Positions 22,026-30,713 of a stretch of DNA of 64,000 nt are shown piece after piece; position 1 is the first letter of the stretch; every line of letters starts with the position of its first letter. The translations under genes and the position numbers were made by a program. Location of the stretch: positions 672,001 through 736,000 of the forward strand of contig CAVZVA010000009.1 of assembly GCA_963778655.1 (NCBI GenBank), written 5' to 3'. The notes below the pieces were generated by a model that was given only the letters and a program-made list of their open reading frames with translations, searched no databases and had not been told where the DNA came from. Origin of the DNA: an uncultured delta proteobacterium (lineage in GTDB: Bacteria; Myxococcota_A; Polyangia; Polyangiales; JAFGIB01).

Positions 22026-22949
22026 TCAGTAGAAGTAATAGATGGCCGCGACCGCGGCGCGGAAGATGTCCCAGGGGCTGCCGTCGACGCCGGTGGCGAA
22101 GTCGGTCTGGCTCTGATCGAAGGTGGTCGAGGTGGCGCCGACCGGCGTCTTGGCGCTGCGCGACTCGTGGCGCAGCATCAGCCCCAGCGTGCCCTGTAGC
22201 GAGAGCTGGGGCAGCCCCATGAAGCCGAAGTGAATCTCCGCGCCGGCCTTGCCGCCGATCTCGAGCATCCAGCCCGAGACGTCGGTCGAGGCGGTGATGC
22301 CCGCGACCGTGGACTTGTACGAGCCGCTGGCGAAACCCACGTTGAGCATCGGCACCAGCTCGAACACGAAGTGTCCGCTGTGCGCCAGCGCCAGCGGCAC
22401 GCCGCCGTGCAGCGCGAGCCCGAAGGCGGAGGTGTCGACGGCGCCGACCGAGCCGCTCGAGATGTCCAGGCCGAGCCCGCCCTCGATCCCGAGCATGTCG
22501 CTGAGCCAGTAGCGCAGGCCGATGGTCGGCGCGGGCAGCGAGTTGGTGAAATCGTCGTTGCAGGGCGGGAAGCCCATGCCGCACCCCATGATCGGCACGC
22601 TCATCACGCCGAAGAAGCCGATGCCGAAGTGGCCCACGGCGGCGCTGTGATCGTCGTTGCCCGCCAGCATCGGACCGCTGGTCGTGGCCGGGTCCTCGCT
22701 GGGCGCGGCGGCTGCCGGCTGGCTCGAGGGGCCGCTGCTCTGGGTCTGAGCCTGGGCTGCGGCCTGAGGCTGCGACTGGCTGCTGGCCTGTGCGCCCGCG
22801 CCGAATTGCGCACCGAAGTTGCCCCCGGACTGGCTCGGCGCCGACACGTCGCCAGCTTCGGGGTTGGCTTGAGCTTGGGCCGCGCCGGCGCTCGACAGCG
22901 CTGTGGCGCAGATCAGGCCGATCCATGCGGGGATGTTCTTGTTCTGCAT
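22026..22949 (-). CDS. Putative outer-membrane beta-barrel protein
   Basis: Sec signal, Ala/Gln-rich linker, alternating beta strands, C-terminal aromatic AAIYYFY; SD GGAGG. Confidence 0.7.
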   Translation of the reverse strand: MQNKNIPAWIGLICATALSSAGAAQAQANPEAGDVSAPSQSGGNFGAQFGAGAQASSQSQPQAAAQAQTQSSGPSSQPAAAAPSEDPATTSGPMLAGNDDHSAAVGHFGIGFFGVMSVPIMGCGMGFPPCNDDFTNSLPAPTIGLRYWLSDMLGIEGGLGLDISSGSVGAVDTSAFGLALHGGVPLALAHSGHFVFELVPMLNVGFASGSYKSTVAGITASTDVSGWMLEIGGKAGAEIHFGFMGLPQLSLQGTLGLMLRHESRSAKTPVGATSTTFDQSQTDFATGVDGSPWDIFRAAVAAIYYFY

Positions 22950-23152
22950 CGGTCCGCCTCCGCGTTGCACCCGGGCCAGGCCCCGGGCTGACGAGTCGCG
23001 CCGTCCTATCACAGCGCGGGCCGCGGCGGGACCGGGGACGCTTTGTTTCCAGTCGTAGACCTGGTCGTGCGTTCAGTTTTCGCACGATTGCCCGCAGGGC
23101 CTCCACGGGGTGCTTGACGGGCAAAACCCGCGGACCCTAAATACCGCGTACA

Positions 23153-23178
23153 GAGCTTTCGAAAATTCGTGAAAGCTC
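23153..23178. promoter_or_regulatory. Inverted repeat GAGCTTTC-N10-GAAAGCTC upstream of the mqn operon
   Basis: Perfect 8-bp arms downstream of TTGACG (23114). Confidence 0.4.
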
Positions 23179-23242
23179 GCAGACACGCGGCACAGGCAAG
23201 CCGGGCCGGACCACGGGCCGGCCTCAGGGACGCGACCGGCTC

Positions 23243-24016
23243 ATGGCTGCAGACGACGTTTCCATCGCCGACGCCCGCCCGGCCGAAGTCCGGCTGGTGC
23301 CCGAGCTCGCAGCGCGCGCGCCCGCGCTGGCCGGCACACACGCGCTGGCGGTGCGCGGGATGTTCGATCGCATCTCGCCCACCTACGACCTGCTCAATCG
23401 CTTGCTCTCGTGGGGCATCGACCGGCGCTGGCGCGCGCGCACGCTCTCGGTGCTGCAGGCGCTCGCGCCCGAGGGCCCGCTGCTCGATTCGTGCGCCGGC
23501 ACGCTCGACCTGACCGCCGCCATGCAGCAGCGCTGGCCGGCGCGGCCGCTGCTGGCCGCGGACTTTTCGCGCGAGATGCTCTCCGCCGGGCGTGCCAAGC
23601 TGCGCGGCAGCGCGTTGCCCGTGGTCTGCGACGCGCTGCACCTGCCGTTCGCGGATGCAAGCTTCGCCGGCATGACCTGCGGCTTCGGCCTGCGCAACCT
23701 GTCCGACCCGCTGCGCGGGCTGCAGGAAGCGCAGCGCGTGCTCAAACCTGGCGGCGTGCTGGTGGTGCTCGAGCTGCTGCGGCCGACACGGCTGCCGACG
23801 CGGCTGTTTCACGCCTTCTACGGGCGCGGCTTGCTACCGCTGGTCGGACGCGTGGTCTCCGGCGACGCCGAGGCGTATCGCTACCTCTCGCGCTCGATGC
23901 GCGGCTTCCTGTCGCGGCCCGAGCTGGAGCAGGCGATGAAGCACGCGGGTTTCGCGCAAGTGGGCGGGGTCGATCTCAGCCTGGGCGTGGCCTCGCTGGT
24001 GTGGGGGGTCAAGTGA
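23243..24016 (+). CDS. ubiE: Demethylmenaquinone methyltransferase UbiE/MenG family
   Basis: VRGMFDRISPTYDLLNRLLSWGIDRRWR, GFGLRN, RVLKPGG, AYRYLSRS. Confidence 0.92.
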   Translation: MAADDVSIADARPAEVRLVPELAARAPALAGTHALAVRGMFDRISPTYDLLNRLLSWGIDRRWRARTLSVLQALAPEGPLLDSCAGTLDLTAAMQQRWPARPLLAADFSREMLSAGRAKLRGSALPVVCDALHLPFADASFAGMTCGFGLRNLSDPLRGLQEAQRVLKPGGVLVVLELLRPTRLPTRLFHAFYGRGLLPLVGRVVSGDAEAYRYLSRSMRGFLSRPELEQAMKHAGFAQVGGVDLSLGVASLVWGVK

Positions 24017-24624
24017 GACGGCTGCTGGTCGCGATCAGCGGCGCGTCGGGCGCGCCCTACGCGCGGCGCCTGCTGCGCGTGCTCACGCACAGCGACTTCG
24101 GCGTGCGGCTCGAGGTCTCGCTGGTGCTCTCGCGCACCGCCGAGCAGGTGTGGGCGCACGAGTGCGGCGGGTCGCCGCGCGACCTCGGCCTGCCGACCTA
24201 CGGCGGCCGCGACTACGCCGCCCCTTTCGCCAGCGGCTCCTCGGCCGCAGACGCGATGGTGGTGGTGCCGGCGTCGATGTCGTGCGTCGCGCGCATTGCG
24301 CACGGCATCAGCGACGACCTGCTGACGCGCGCCGCCGACGTGATGCTCAAGGAGCGGCGGCCGCTGTTGCTGGTGCCGCGCGAGACGCCGTATTCGGCGA
24401 TCCATCTGGAGAACATGCTGGCGCTGACCCGCGCCGGCGCGCTGATCTTGCCGGCCTCGCCCTCGTTCTACGGCAGGCCGGCCAGCATCGACGACCTGCT
24501 CGACAGCGTGCTCTCGCGCGTGCTCGATCAGCTCGGCCTGCCCAACGCGCTGTGCCGCCGTTGGGCGCAAGACGTGACGCTCGAGCCGGCGGTGCAACCC
24601 GCGCCGGTAGAAAGAGAGGAGTGA
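24013..24624 (+). CDS. ubiX: Flavin prenyltransferase UbiX
   Basis: AISGASGAPY, APFASGS, RAADVMLKERR, PRETP, PASPSFY; GTGA overlap with ubiE. Confidence 0.94.
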   Translation: MRRLLVAISGASGAPYARRLLRVLTHSDFGVRLEVSLVLSRTAEQVWAHECGGSPRDLGLPTYGGRDYAAPFASGSSAADAMVVVPASMSCVARIAHGISDDLLTRAADVMLKERRPLLLVPRETPYSAIHLENMLALTRAGALILPASPSFYGRPASIDDLLDSVLSRVLDQLGLPNALCRRWAQDVTLEPAVQPAPVEREE

Positions 24625-24627
24625 GCC

Positions 24628-25167
24628 ATGGGACGTCTGGCGACCGCGGCGATCGAGCGAGCGGGCCTCGCTGCGCTGCAGCAAAGGGCTCTGCAGGGGC
24701 AGGGTCTGTGCGCCGAGGATCTGGCGCGCCTGCGCGAGACCGACACGCTGGTGCTGGCGGCGCTGGCCGACGGCGTGCGCGAGCAGCACCGCGGCGACGA
24801 GGTGAGGCTGCTCGGCAGCGAGGCCGCGCGGCGCGCGCACGATCTGGTGGCGCTCGAGCTGGACGCCGGCGGCGCAGACGGGCCGACCGGGGAGGAGCTG
24901 CTGCGCGAGGTCGCGCTGGCGCGCCTGCGCGTTGCCTGCGACCAGGGCATCGGGCTCAGCTTCGACCGGCTGGGGCTGGAGCTCGCGCAGACGGCGCTCG
25001 CATTTGGAGCCGACGCCCTGTTTGGCGACTTCGCGCGCGCGCGCGTGCTGCCGCTGCTGGACGGACCGGCCGCCCGGCGCGTCGAGATCACGGGTCTGAT
25101 CGAGCGCGCTGGCCGGCGCGTGCGCTGGGTGGACGCCAGCGCCGCCACGCTGTGGAGCCGCTCATGA
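24628..25167 (+). CDS. Degenerate MqnE/CofH-like protein lacking the radical-SAM core ('mini-MqnE')
   Basis: N- and C-terminal blocks align by eye with the adjacent MqnE; no CxxxCxxC; SD GAGGAG; ATGA overlap with mqnE. Confidence 0.75.
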   Translation: MGRLATAAIERAGLAALQQRALQGQGLCAEDLARLRETDTLVLAALADGVREQHRGDEVRLLGSEAARRAHDLVALELDAGGADGPTGEELLREVALARLRVACDQGIGLSFDRLGLELAQTALAFGADALFGDFARARVLPLLDGPAARRVEITGLIERAGRRVRWVDASAATLWSRS

Positions 25168-26327
25168 AAGCGCTCGATCGCGTCGCAGACAAGCTCGGGG
25201 CCGGCGAGCGGCTCGACTTCGAGGATGGGGTGGCGCTGTTCATGCAGCCCGATCTGCTGCGCCTGGGTCAGCTCGCCAACGGGGTGCGCGAGCGCATGCA
25301 CGGCGATCGCACTTACTTCAACGTCAACATGCGGCTCGAGGTCACCAACGTGTGCGGCGCCTCGTGCAGCTTCTGCGCATTCGCGAAGCTGCAGGAGGGC
25401 GCGCCCGGCGCGCGCACCATGAGTCACGAGCAGGCCTGGCGCGAGCTGGCCGAGCACCCCGACCCCAAGCTGCGCGAGCTGCACATGGTCAACGGCCTGC
25501 ACCCGGACCTGCCGTTCGAGTGGTACGAGCAGCTGCTGCGCGGCTTCAAACGCGTGCGGCCCGAGGTGCACCTCAAGTGCTTCACCGCGGTCGAGATCCA
25601 CTTCTTCGCCGAGAAGTTCGGCCTCAGCTACGAGCAGGTGCTGACACGGCTGCGCGCTGCGGGGCTCGGCTCGCTGCCCGGCGGCGGCGCGGAGATCTTC
25701 CATCCCGAGGTGCGCGCGCGGATCGCGCCCGACAAGGCCACCGGCGATCAGTACCTCGAGGTGCACCGCGCGGCGCACGCGCTCGGCATGCCCACCAACG
25801 CCACCATGCTGTACGGGCACATCGAGACCTTCGAGCACCGCGTCGACCACCTGCTGCGCCTGCGCGCGCTGCAGGACCAGACCTCGGGCCTGCAGTGCTT
25901 CATCCCGCTGGCGTTCCACAACGAGAACAACAGCCTGCAGAAGCTGCCCGAGCCGACCGCGGTCGATGACCTGCGCACGATCGCGGTCAGCCGGCTGCTG
26001 CTCGACAACGTGCCGCACGTCAAGGCGTACTGGGTGTCGATGGGCGTGGAGACCGCGCAGGTGGCGCTGCGCTTCGGCGCCGACGATCTCGACGGGACCA
26101 TCGTGCACGAGACCATCTACCATTCAGCGGGCAGCCGCGTGCCGATGGGAATGACGCGCGAGCAGCTGGTGCGCCTGATCCGCGAGGCCGGACGGTTGCC
26201 GGTCGAGCGCGACACCCAGTACCGCGTGATCGAGGAGCTGGCGCCGGCGAGCGCGCCGGAAGCGGCGATGAAGGTGCGCCAGCGCAACGCCGAGCGCAGG
26301 CGACTGACGCTACACGACCGATCGTGA
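25164..26327 (+). CDS. mqnE: Aminofutalosine synthase MqnE (radical SAM)
   Basis: TNVCGASCSFCAF, ELHMVNGLHP, KCFTAVE, PGGGAEIF, NATMLYGHIE, FIPLAFH, HVKAYW. Confidence 0.92.
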   Translation: MKALDRVADKLGAGERLDFEDGVALFMQPDLLRLGQLANGVRERMHGDRTYFNVNMRLEVTNVCGASCSFCAFAKLQEGAPGARTMSHEQAWRELAEHPDPKLRELHMVNGLHPDLPFEWYEQLLRGFKRVRPEVHLKCFTAVEIHFFAEKFGLSYEQVLTRLRAAGLGSLPGGGAEIFHPEVRARIAPDKATGDQYLEVHRAAHALGMPTNATMLYGHIETFEHRVDHLLRLRALQDQTSGLQCFIPLAFHNENNSLQKLPEPTAVDDLRTIAVSRLLLDNVPHVKAYWVSMGVETAQVALRFGADDLDGTIVHETIYHSAGSRVPMGMTREQLVRLIREAGRLPVERDTQYRVIEELAPASAPEAAMKVRQRNAERRRLTLHDRS

Positions 26328-26341
26328 TTGGGAACAGTCGA

Positions 26342-26356
26342 ATGACCATCGGTCAT
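26342..26356. promoter_or_regulatory. Palindrome ATGACC-ATC-GGTCAT, candidate operator
   Basis: Perfect 6-3-6 dyad in the AT-richer mqnE/mqnAC spacer. Confidence 0.45.
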
Positions 26357-26452
26357 CTAATCTGCGGCGGAGCCGCACCTCGCGAGAAAGTGAATGCGCC
26401 AGGCTTTGCCTCGCGCACAGGGAGTCGGCGCGACTTCCGGATGATCAAAGGA

Positions 26453-26492
26453 GAAATCAGCGCGCGCGATTCGAATCGCGCAGGCTGATTTC
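26453..26492. promoter_or_regulatory. 40-bp near-perfect palindrome directly before the mqnAC SD
   Basis: GAAATCAGC-GC-GCGCGATTCGAATCGCGC-AG-GCTGATTTC. Confidence 0.55.
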
Positions 26493-26503
26493 GGGAGCTG
26501 AGC

Positions 26504-28468
26504 ATGCAGGGCACGCACAAGAAGGGGCTGGTTCAGAACCGCTATCGCACGCTGCCGCCGCCGGAGAGCAGCGGGCGGCTGCGCCTGTGCGGCGTGAGTT
26601 ACCTCAACGCGCAACCGTTGTTGCACGGCTTGCTGCAGGGCCTGGGTGAGGAGCGCATGCACCTCGTGCTGGCGCCGCCGGCCGAGCTGAGCCGGCGCTT
26701 GCTCGAGGACGAGGCGGACGCGGGGTTGGCGCCGGTCGCGGTGCTGGCCAACCACGGCGGCCTGGAGCTGGTGCCGGAGGTCGCGATCGGCTGCGACGGG
26801 CCGGTGCGCTCGGTCAAGATCGTGGGCGAGGTGCCGCTCGAGCAGATGGAGGAGTTGCTGCTGGACGCCTCCAGCCGCACGTCGGTGGTGCTGGCGCGGT
26901 TGATCGCCAAGGAGCGCTGTGCGGGTCGCGAGCCGCGCTACTGCAGCAAGCCGCCCGACGAGATCGTGCGGGAGGTGGGCGGCAAGGTGGGCGGGCTGTT
27001 GATCGGCGATCCGGCGCTGGAGGTCGAGGGGCGCTTCCCCTACGAGCTGGATCTGGGGCAGGCCTGGAAGGAGCTGACCGGCTTGCCGTTCGTGTTCGCG
27101 GTGTGGGTGGCGCGGCCGGGGCTGCTCAGCGCGCGCGACGTGCTGCTGCTGCACGGCTCGCTGGCGGCGGGGCTTTCGGAGCGCGAGAAGATCGCGCAAG
27201 CCTGGGCGCGGGGGCGCGGCGGGCAGGCCCAGAGCCATCTGTCGTACATGACGCAGTCGATCCGCTACCAGCTCGACGCGCGGGCGCTCGAGGGGCTGCG
27301 CGAGTTCTTGCGGCGCGCGGCCGAGCACAAGCTGCTGCCGCCCGCGGAGCTGCGCTTCGTCGGACGGGCAGAGCAGACGGCGCCGGTGCCGCACCGCGCG
27401 GGCATCGACGAGCTGCTGGAGTACGCCGCGGCCGGCGGGCGACTCTCGTTCGAGGACGCGATGCGGCTGGGCGCGCGGGCGCCGCTGCACGAGCTGGGCC
27501 TGGCCGCGGACGCGCGGCGCAAGGCGCTGCACCCCGACCAGGTCGTCACCTACATCGTCGACCGCAACATCAACTACACCAACGTGTGCACCACGTCGTG
27601 CAGGTTCTGCGCATTCTACCGGCCGGTGGGACACGCCGAGGGCTACGTGCTCTCGCGCGGGCAGCTGGCGCAGAAGATCGAGGAGACGGTGGCCGCCGGC
27701 GGCGTGCAGATCCTGCTGCAGGGCGGGCTCAATCCGGCCTTGCACCTGGAGTGGTACGAGGATCTGTTCCGCTGGATGAAGCAGAGCTTCCCGATCAAGC
27801 TGCACGCGCTCAGCCCGGAGGAGATCTGGCACCTGGTGCGGATCGAGGATCTGTCGGTGGAAGAGGTGCTGCGCCGGCTGCGCGCGGCCGGCATGGACTC
27901 GCTGCCCGGCGGTGGCGCTGAGGTGCTGACCGACCGGGTGCGGCGCAAGATCGCCAAGGCCAAGTGCACCAGTGCCGAGTGGCTGGAGGTGATGCGGGTC
28001 GCCCATCGCATCGGCATGCGCACCACGGCCACGATGATGTTCGGCACCGCCGACACGCTCGAGGACCGCGTGCTGCACATGCTCAAGGTGCGCGACCTGC
28101 AGGACGAGACCTCCGGCTTCACCGCGTTCATCTGCTGGGACTACCAGCACGAGCAAGGCACGCGCGCGGTGGCGGGCGAGACCGGCACCGTGCTGTACCT
28201 GCGCACGCAGGCGCTGAGCCGGCTGGTGCTCGACAACGTGGAGAACATCCAGACCTCGTGGGTGACGCAGGGTCCGGGCGTCGGCCAGCTCGGGCTGCGC
28301 TACGGCGCCAACGACATGGGCAGCACCATGTTCGAGGAGAACGTGGTGTCGTCCGCGGGCACCACCTTCGGCATGGACGCGCAGCAGATCGAGCGCCACG
28401 CGCGTGCCAGCGGCTTCAAGGTCGCGCGCCGCAACATGCGCTACGAGCGCCTGACCGTGCCGGCGTGA
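26504..28468 (+). CDS. mqnC: Fusion of chorismate dehydratase MqnA and cyclic dehypoxanthinyl futalosine synthase MqnC
   Basis: N-half VSYLNAQPL, SSRTSV, LLIGDPAL, DLGQAWKELTGLPFVFAVW (MqnA); C-half VDRNINYTNVCTTSCRFCAF, LLQGG, TATMMFG, QTSWVTQG, MFEENVV (MqnC). Confidence 0.92.
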   Translation: MQGTHKKGLVQNRYRTLPPPESSGRLRLCGVSYLNAQPLLHGLLQGLGEERMHLVLAPPAELSRRLLEDEADAGLAPVAVLANHGGLELVPEVAIGCDGPVRSVKIVGEVPLEQMEELLLDASSRTSVVLARLIAKERCAGREPRYCSKPPDEIVREVGGKVGGLLIGDPALEVEGRFPYELDLGQAWKELTGLPFVFAVWVARPGLLSARDVLLLHGSLAAGLSEREKIAQAWARGRGGQAQSHLSYMTQSIRYQLDARALEGLREFLRRAAEHKLLPPAELRFVGRAEQTAPVPHRAGIDELLEYAAAGGRLSFEDAMRLGARAPLHELGLAADARRKALHPDQVVTYIVDRNINYTNVCTTSCRFCAFYRPVGHAEGYVLSRGQLAQKIEETVAAGGVQILLQGGLNPALHLEWYEDLFRWMKQSFPIKLHALSPEEIWHLVRIEDLSVEEVLRRLRAAGMDSLPGGGAEVLTDRVRRKIAKAKCTSAEWLEVMRVAHRIGMRTTATMMFGTADTLEDRVLHMLKVRDLQDETSGFTAFICWDYQHEQGTRAVAGETGTVLYLRTQALSRLVLDNVENIQTSWVTQGPGVGQLGLRYGANDMGSTMFEENVVSSAGTTFGMDAQQIERHARASGFKVARRNMRYERLTVPA

Positions 28469-28475
28469 GCTTGCG

Positions 28476-29732
28476 ATGCGGGCGATCGCGGGCAGCTGGT
28501 TGATCACGGGCGATGCGGCGCAGGCGCCGATCGCGGGCGGCGCGCTGGTGCTCGACGGCGACGGGCGCGTGCTCGCGGTGGGCGAGCAGGAAGCGTTGCG
28601 AGCGCGCTACCCGCAGCTGCCCTGGGAGCGGCACCGGGCGGTGCTGCTGCCCGGGCTGGTCAACGCGCACACGCACCTGGAGCTGTCGGCGTTGAGCGGG
28701 CAGGTGCCCGGCGGCAGCGGCTTCGGGCCGTGGGTGACGGCGCTGATGCAACAGCGCGAACGCTGCGCGCCCGAGCGCGACGAGCAGGCGATCGAGGCTG
28801 GGGTTTCGGCGCTGCTCGCCGCCGGCACCGCAGCGGTCGGCGAGGTCAGCAACACGCTGGCCGCGGTGCCGGCGCTCGCGTCCGCGCCGCTGTGGGGGTC
28901 GGTCTTCCACGAGATCGCGGGCCTACGCCGCGACGGCGGCGAGGCCAAGCTGGCCCAGGCCGAGGCGCGCCGCCGCGAGCTCGGCGCGTGGCCGGCGCAG
29001 CTGCGCTACGCGCCCGCGGCGCACACGCCCTACACCGTGCACCCTCAGATCGTGCGCGAGATCCTGCGCCGCGCGCGCGAGCTCGGCGCGCGCAGCTCGC
29101 TGCACCTGTGTGAGCACGCGGCCGAGCGCGCGTACCTCGCCAGCGGCGCCGGCCCGGTCGCGGATTTCTTCGCCGCGCTCGGGGTCGCAGCGCCCGACTG
29201 GAGCGTGCCGGGCATCGACCCGGTGCGCTATGCGGCCGAGCTGGGCGCACTGTCGCCGGACGTGCTGTGCGTGCATTTGACCGACGCGCGGCCCGACGAG
29301 CTGGCCGCGGTTGCCGGCGCCGGCGCGCCGGTCGTGCTGTGCCCGCGCAGCAATCTCCACATCGAGCTCAGGCTGCCGCCGCTGCCGGCGATGCTCGAGC
29401 TCGGCCTGCGGCCGGCGCTCGGCACCGATTCGCTGGCCTCGAGCCCCAGCCTGGACGTGCTGCAGGAGGCGCGCGCGCTCGCGCATCGCTTCGCGGCGGT
29501 GCCGGCGCGCACGTTGATCGCCATGGCCACCAGCTACGGCGCCGAGGCGCTCGGCCTGCAGCAAGAGGTGGGCCGGCTCGCGCCCGGGCTGGCGCCGGGG
29601 GTGCTGGCGTTCGAGCACGCCGAGCCGGCGCCCTCCGACCCGGAGCGCTTCGTGCTCTCGGGAGCGGCCTCGCGCAGGCAGATGCTGGCGCGGCCGGACT
29701 TGCGCCGCACCCGGCCAAGGGAGGCTGCATGA
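28476..29732 (+). CDS. Metal-dependent amidohydrolase, probable aminofutalosine deaminase
   Basis: PGLVNAHTHLE, HTPYTV, HLCE, CPRSN, ALGTDSLASS; position in the mqn operon suggests the substrate. Confidence 0.8.
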   Translation: MRAIAGSWLITGDAAQAPIAGGALVLDGDGRVLAVGEQEALRARYPQLPWERHRAVLLPGLVNAHTHLELSALSGQVPGGSGFGPWVTALMQQRERCAPERDEQAIEAGVSALLAAGTAAVGEVSNTLAAVPALASAPLWGSVFHEIAGLRRDGGEAKLAQAEARRRELGAWPAQLRYAPAAHTPYTVHPQIVREILRRARELGARSSLHLCEHAAERAYLASGAGPVADFFAALGVAAPDWSVPGIDPVRYAAELGALSPDVLCVHLTDARPDELAAVAGAGAPVVLCPRSNLHIELRLPPLPAMLELGLRPALGTDSLASSPSLDVLQEARALAHRFAAVPARTLIAMATSYGAEALGLQQEVGRLAPGLAPGVLAFEHAEPAPSDPERFVLSGAASRRQMLARPDLRRTRPREAA

Positions 29733-29745
29733 GGGAGGACAGGCC

Positions 29746-30609
29746 ATGAGCATTGCGCGCTCGCTCGCGACCTACTCGTCGCTGGTCAAGCTCAGCCACA
29801 CGGTGTTCGCGCTGCCGTTCGCGCTGGCGGCGGTGGTGCTGGCCTCGCGCTACGCGCCGGTCACGCTGCAGAAGGTCGCGCTGATCGCGCTGTGCATCGC
29901 CTGCGCGCGCACCGCCGCGATGGCCTTCAACCGCCTGATCGATCGCGAGATCGACAGGCGAAACCCGCGCACGCGCGAGCGCGAGCTGCCGCGCGGGGTG
30001 CTGAGCGTGCCCGCGGTGCGGCTGTTGGTGCTGGGCTCGTCGGCGCTGTTCGTGGCCGGCGCCGCCATGCTGGGCAGGCTGCCGCTCTTGCTCTCGCCGC
30101 TCGCGCTGGGACTGGCGCTCGGCTATTCGTACACGAAGCGCTTCACTTCGCTGTGCCACGTGGTGCTGGGGCTGGCGGTGGCGTTCGCGCCGGGCGGGGC
30201 CTGGATCGCGATGGGCGCGCCGGTGACGCCGGCGCCGCTGCTGCTGGTGCTGGGCGTGGCCTGCTGGGTGGCGGGCTTCGACGTGCTCTACTCGCTGCAG
30301 GACGTCGGCTTCGACACGCAGCAGGCGCTGCACTCGATTCCGGTGCGGCTGGGCGTGCGCGGCGCGCTATGGGCGAGCGCGCTGCTGCACGTGGTCACGG
30401 CCGGCTGTCTGCTTGCGGTGGGGCTGCTGCTCGGGCGCGGCGCTGGCTACTTCGCCGGGGTCGGGCTGGTGGCGCTGCTGCTCGGCTACGAGCACGCGAT
30501 CGTGCGCCCGGGCGATCTCTCGCGCATCGACAAGGCCTTCTTCGATCTGAACGGCTACGTGAGCCTGGGCTTCTTCGTCTGCGTGCTGGCCGACCAGGTG
30601 CTCGGGTAG
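29746..30609 (+). CDS. mqnP: UbiA-like polyprenyltransferase (MqnP-type)
   Basis: HTVFALPFA, ARTAAMAFNRLIDREIDRRNPRT, YSYTKRFT, WVAGFDVLYSLQD, AFFDLNGYVS. Confidence 0.9.
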   Translation: MSIARSLATYSSLVKLSHTVFALPFALAAVVLASRYAPVTLQKVALIALCIACARTAAMAFNRLIDREIDRRNPRTRERELPRGVLSVPAVRLLVLGSSALFVAGAAMLGRLPLLLSPLALGLALGYSYTKRFTSLCHVVLGLAVAFAPGGAWIAMGAPVTPAPLLLVLGVACWVAGFDVLYSLQDVGFDTQQALHSIPVRLGVRGALWASALLHVVTAGCLLAVGLLLGRGAGYFAGVGLVALLLGYEHAIVRPGDLSRIDKAFFDLNGYVSLGFFVCVLADQVLG

Positions 30610-30624
30610 GCGCGGATCCGGAGC

Positions 30625-30694
30625 TTCACAGCAAGACGCAAGGCGGGCAGCGGAGATATGCTGCCGGCTGCTTCGGGTGCACTCCGTCTTCCTG
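30625..30694. repeat. Family A repeat (degenerate), upstream of the methyltransferase
   Basis: TTCACAGCAAGACG...CCGTCTTCCTG. Confidence 0.5.
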
Positions 30695-30713
30695 CCGGCC
30701 CGAGGCAGCTCAC

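Noticed and set aside
23410..26327. Apparent long N-terminal fusions on UbiX (from 23410) and MqnE (from 24150)
   Set aside because: The upstream parts are off-frame readings of neighbouring genes; the true starts are at the GTGA/ATGA overlaps (24013, 25164).
29892..30713. 882-aa version of the methyltransferase
   Set aside because: The extension overlaps mqnP in another frame and crosses a repeat; motifs begin after 30714.
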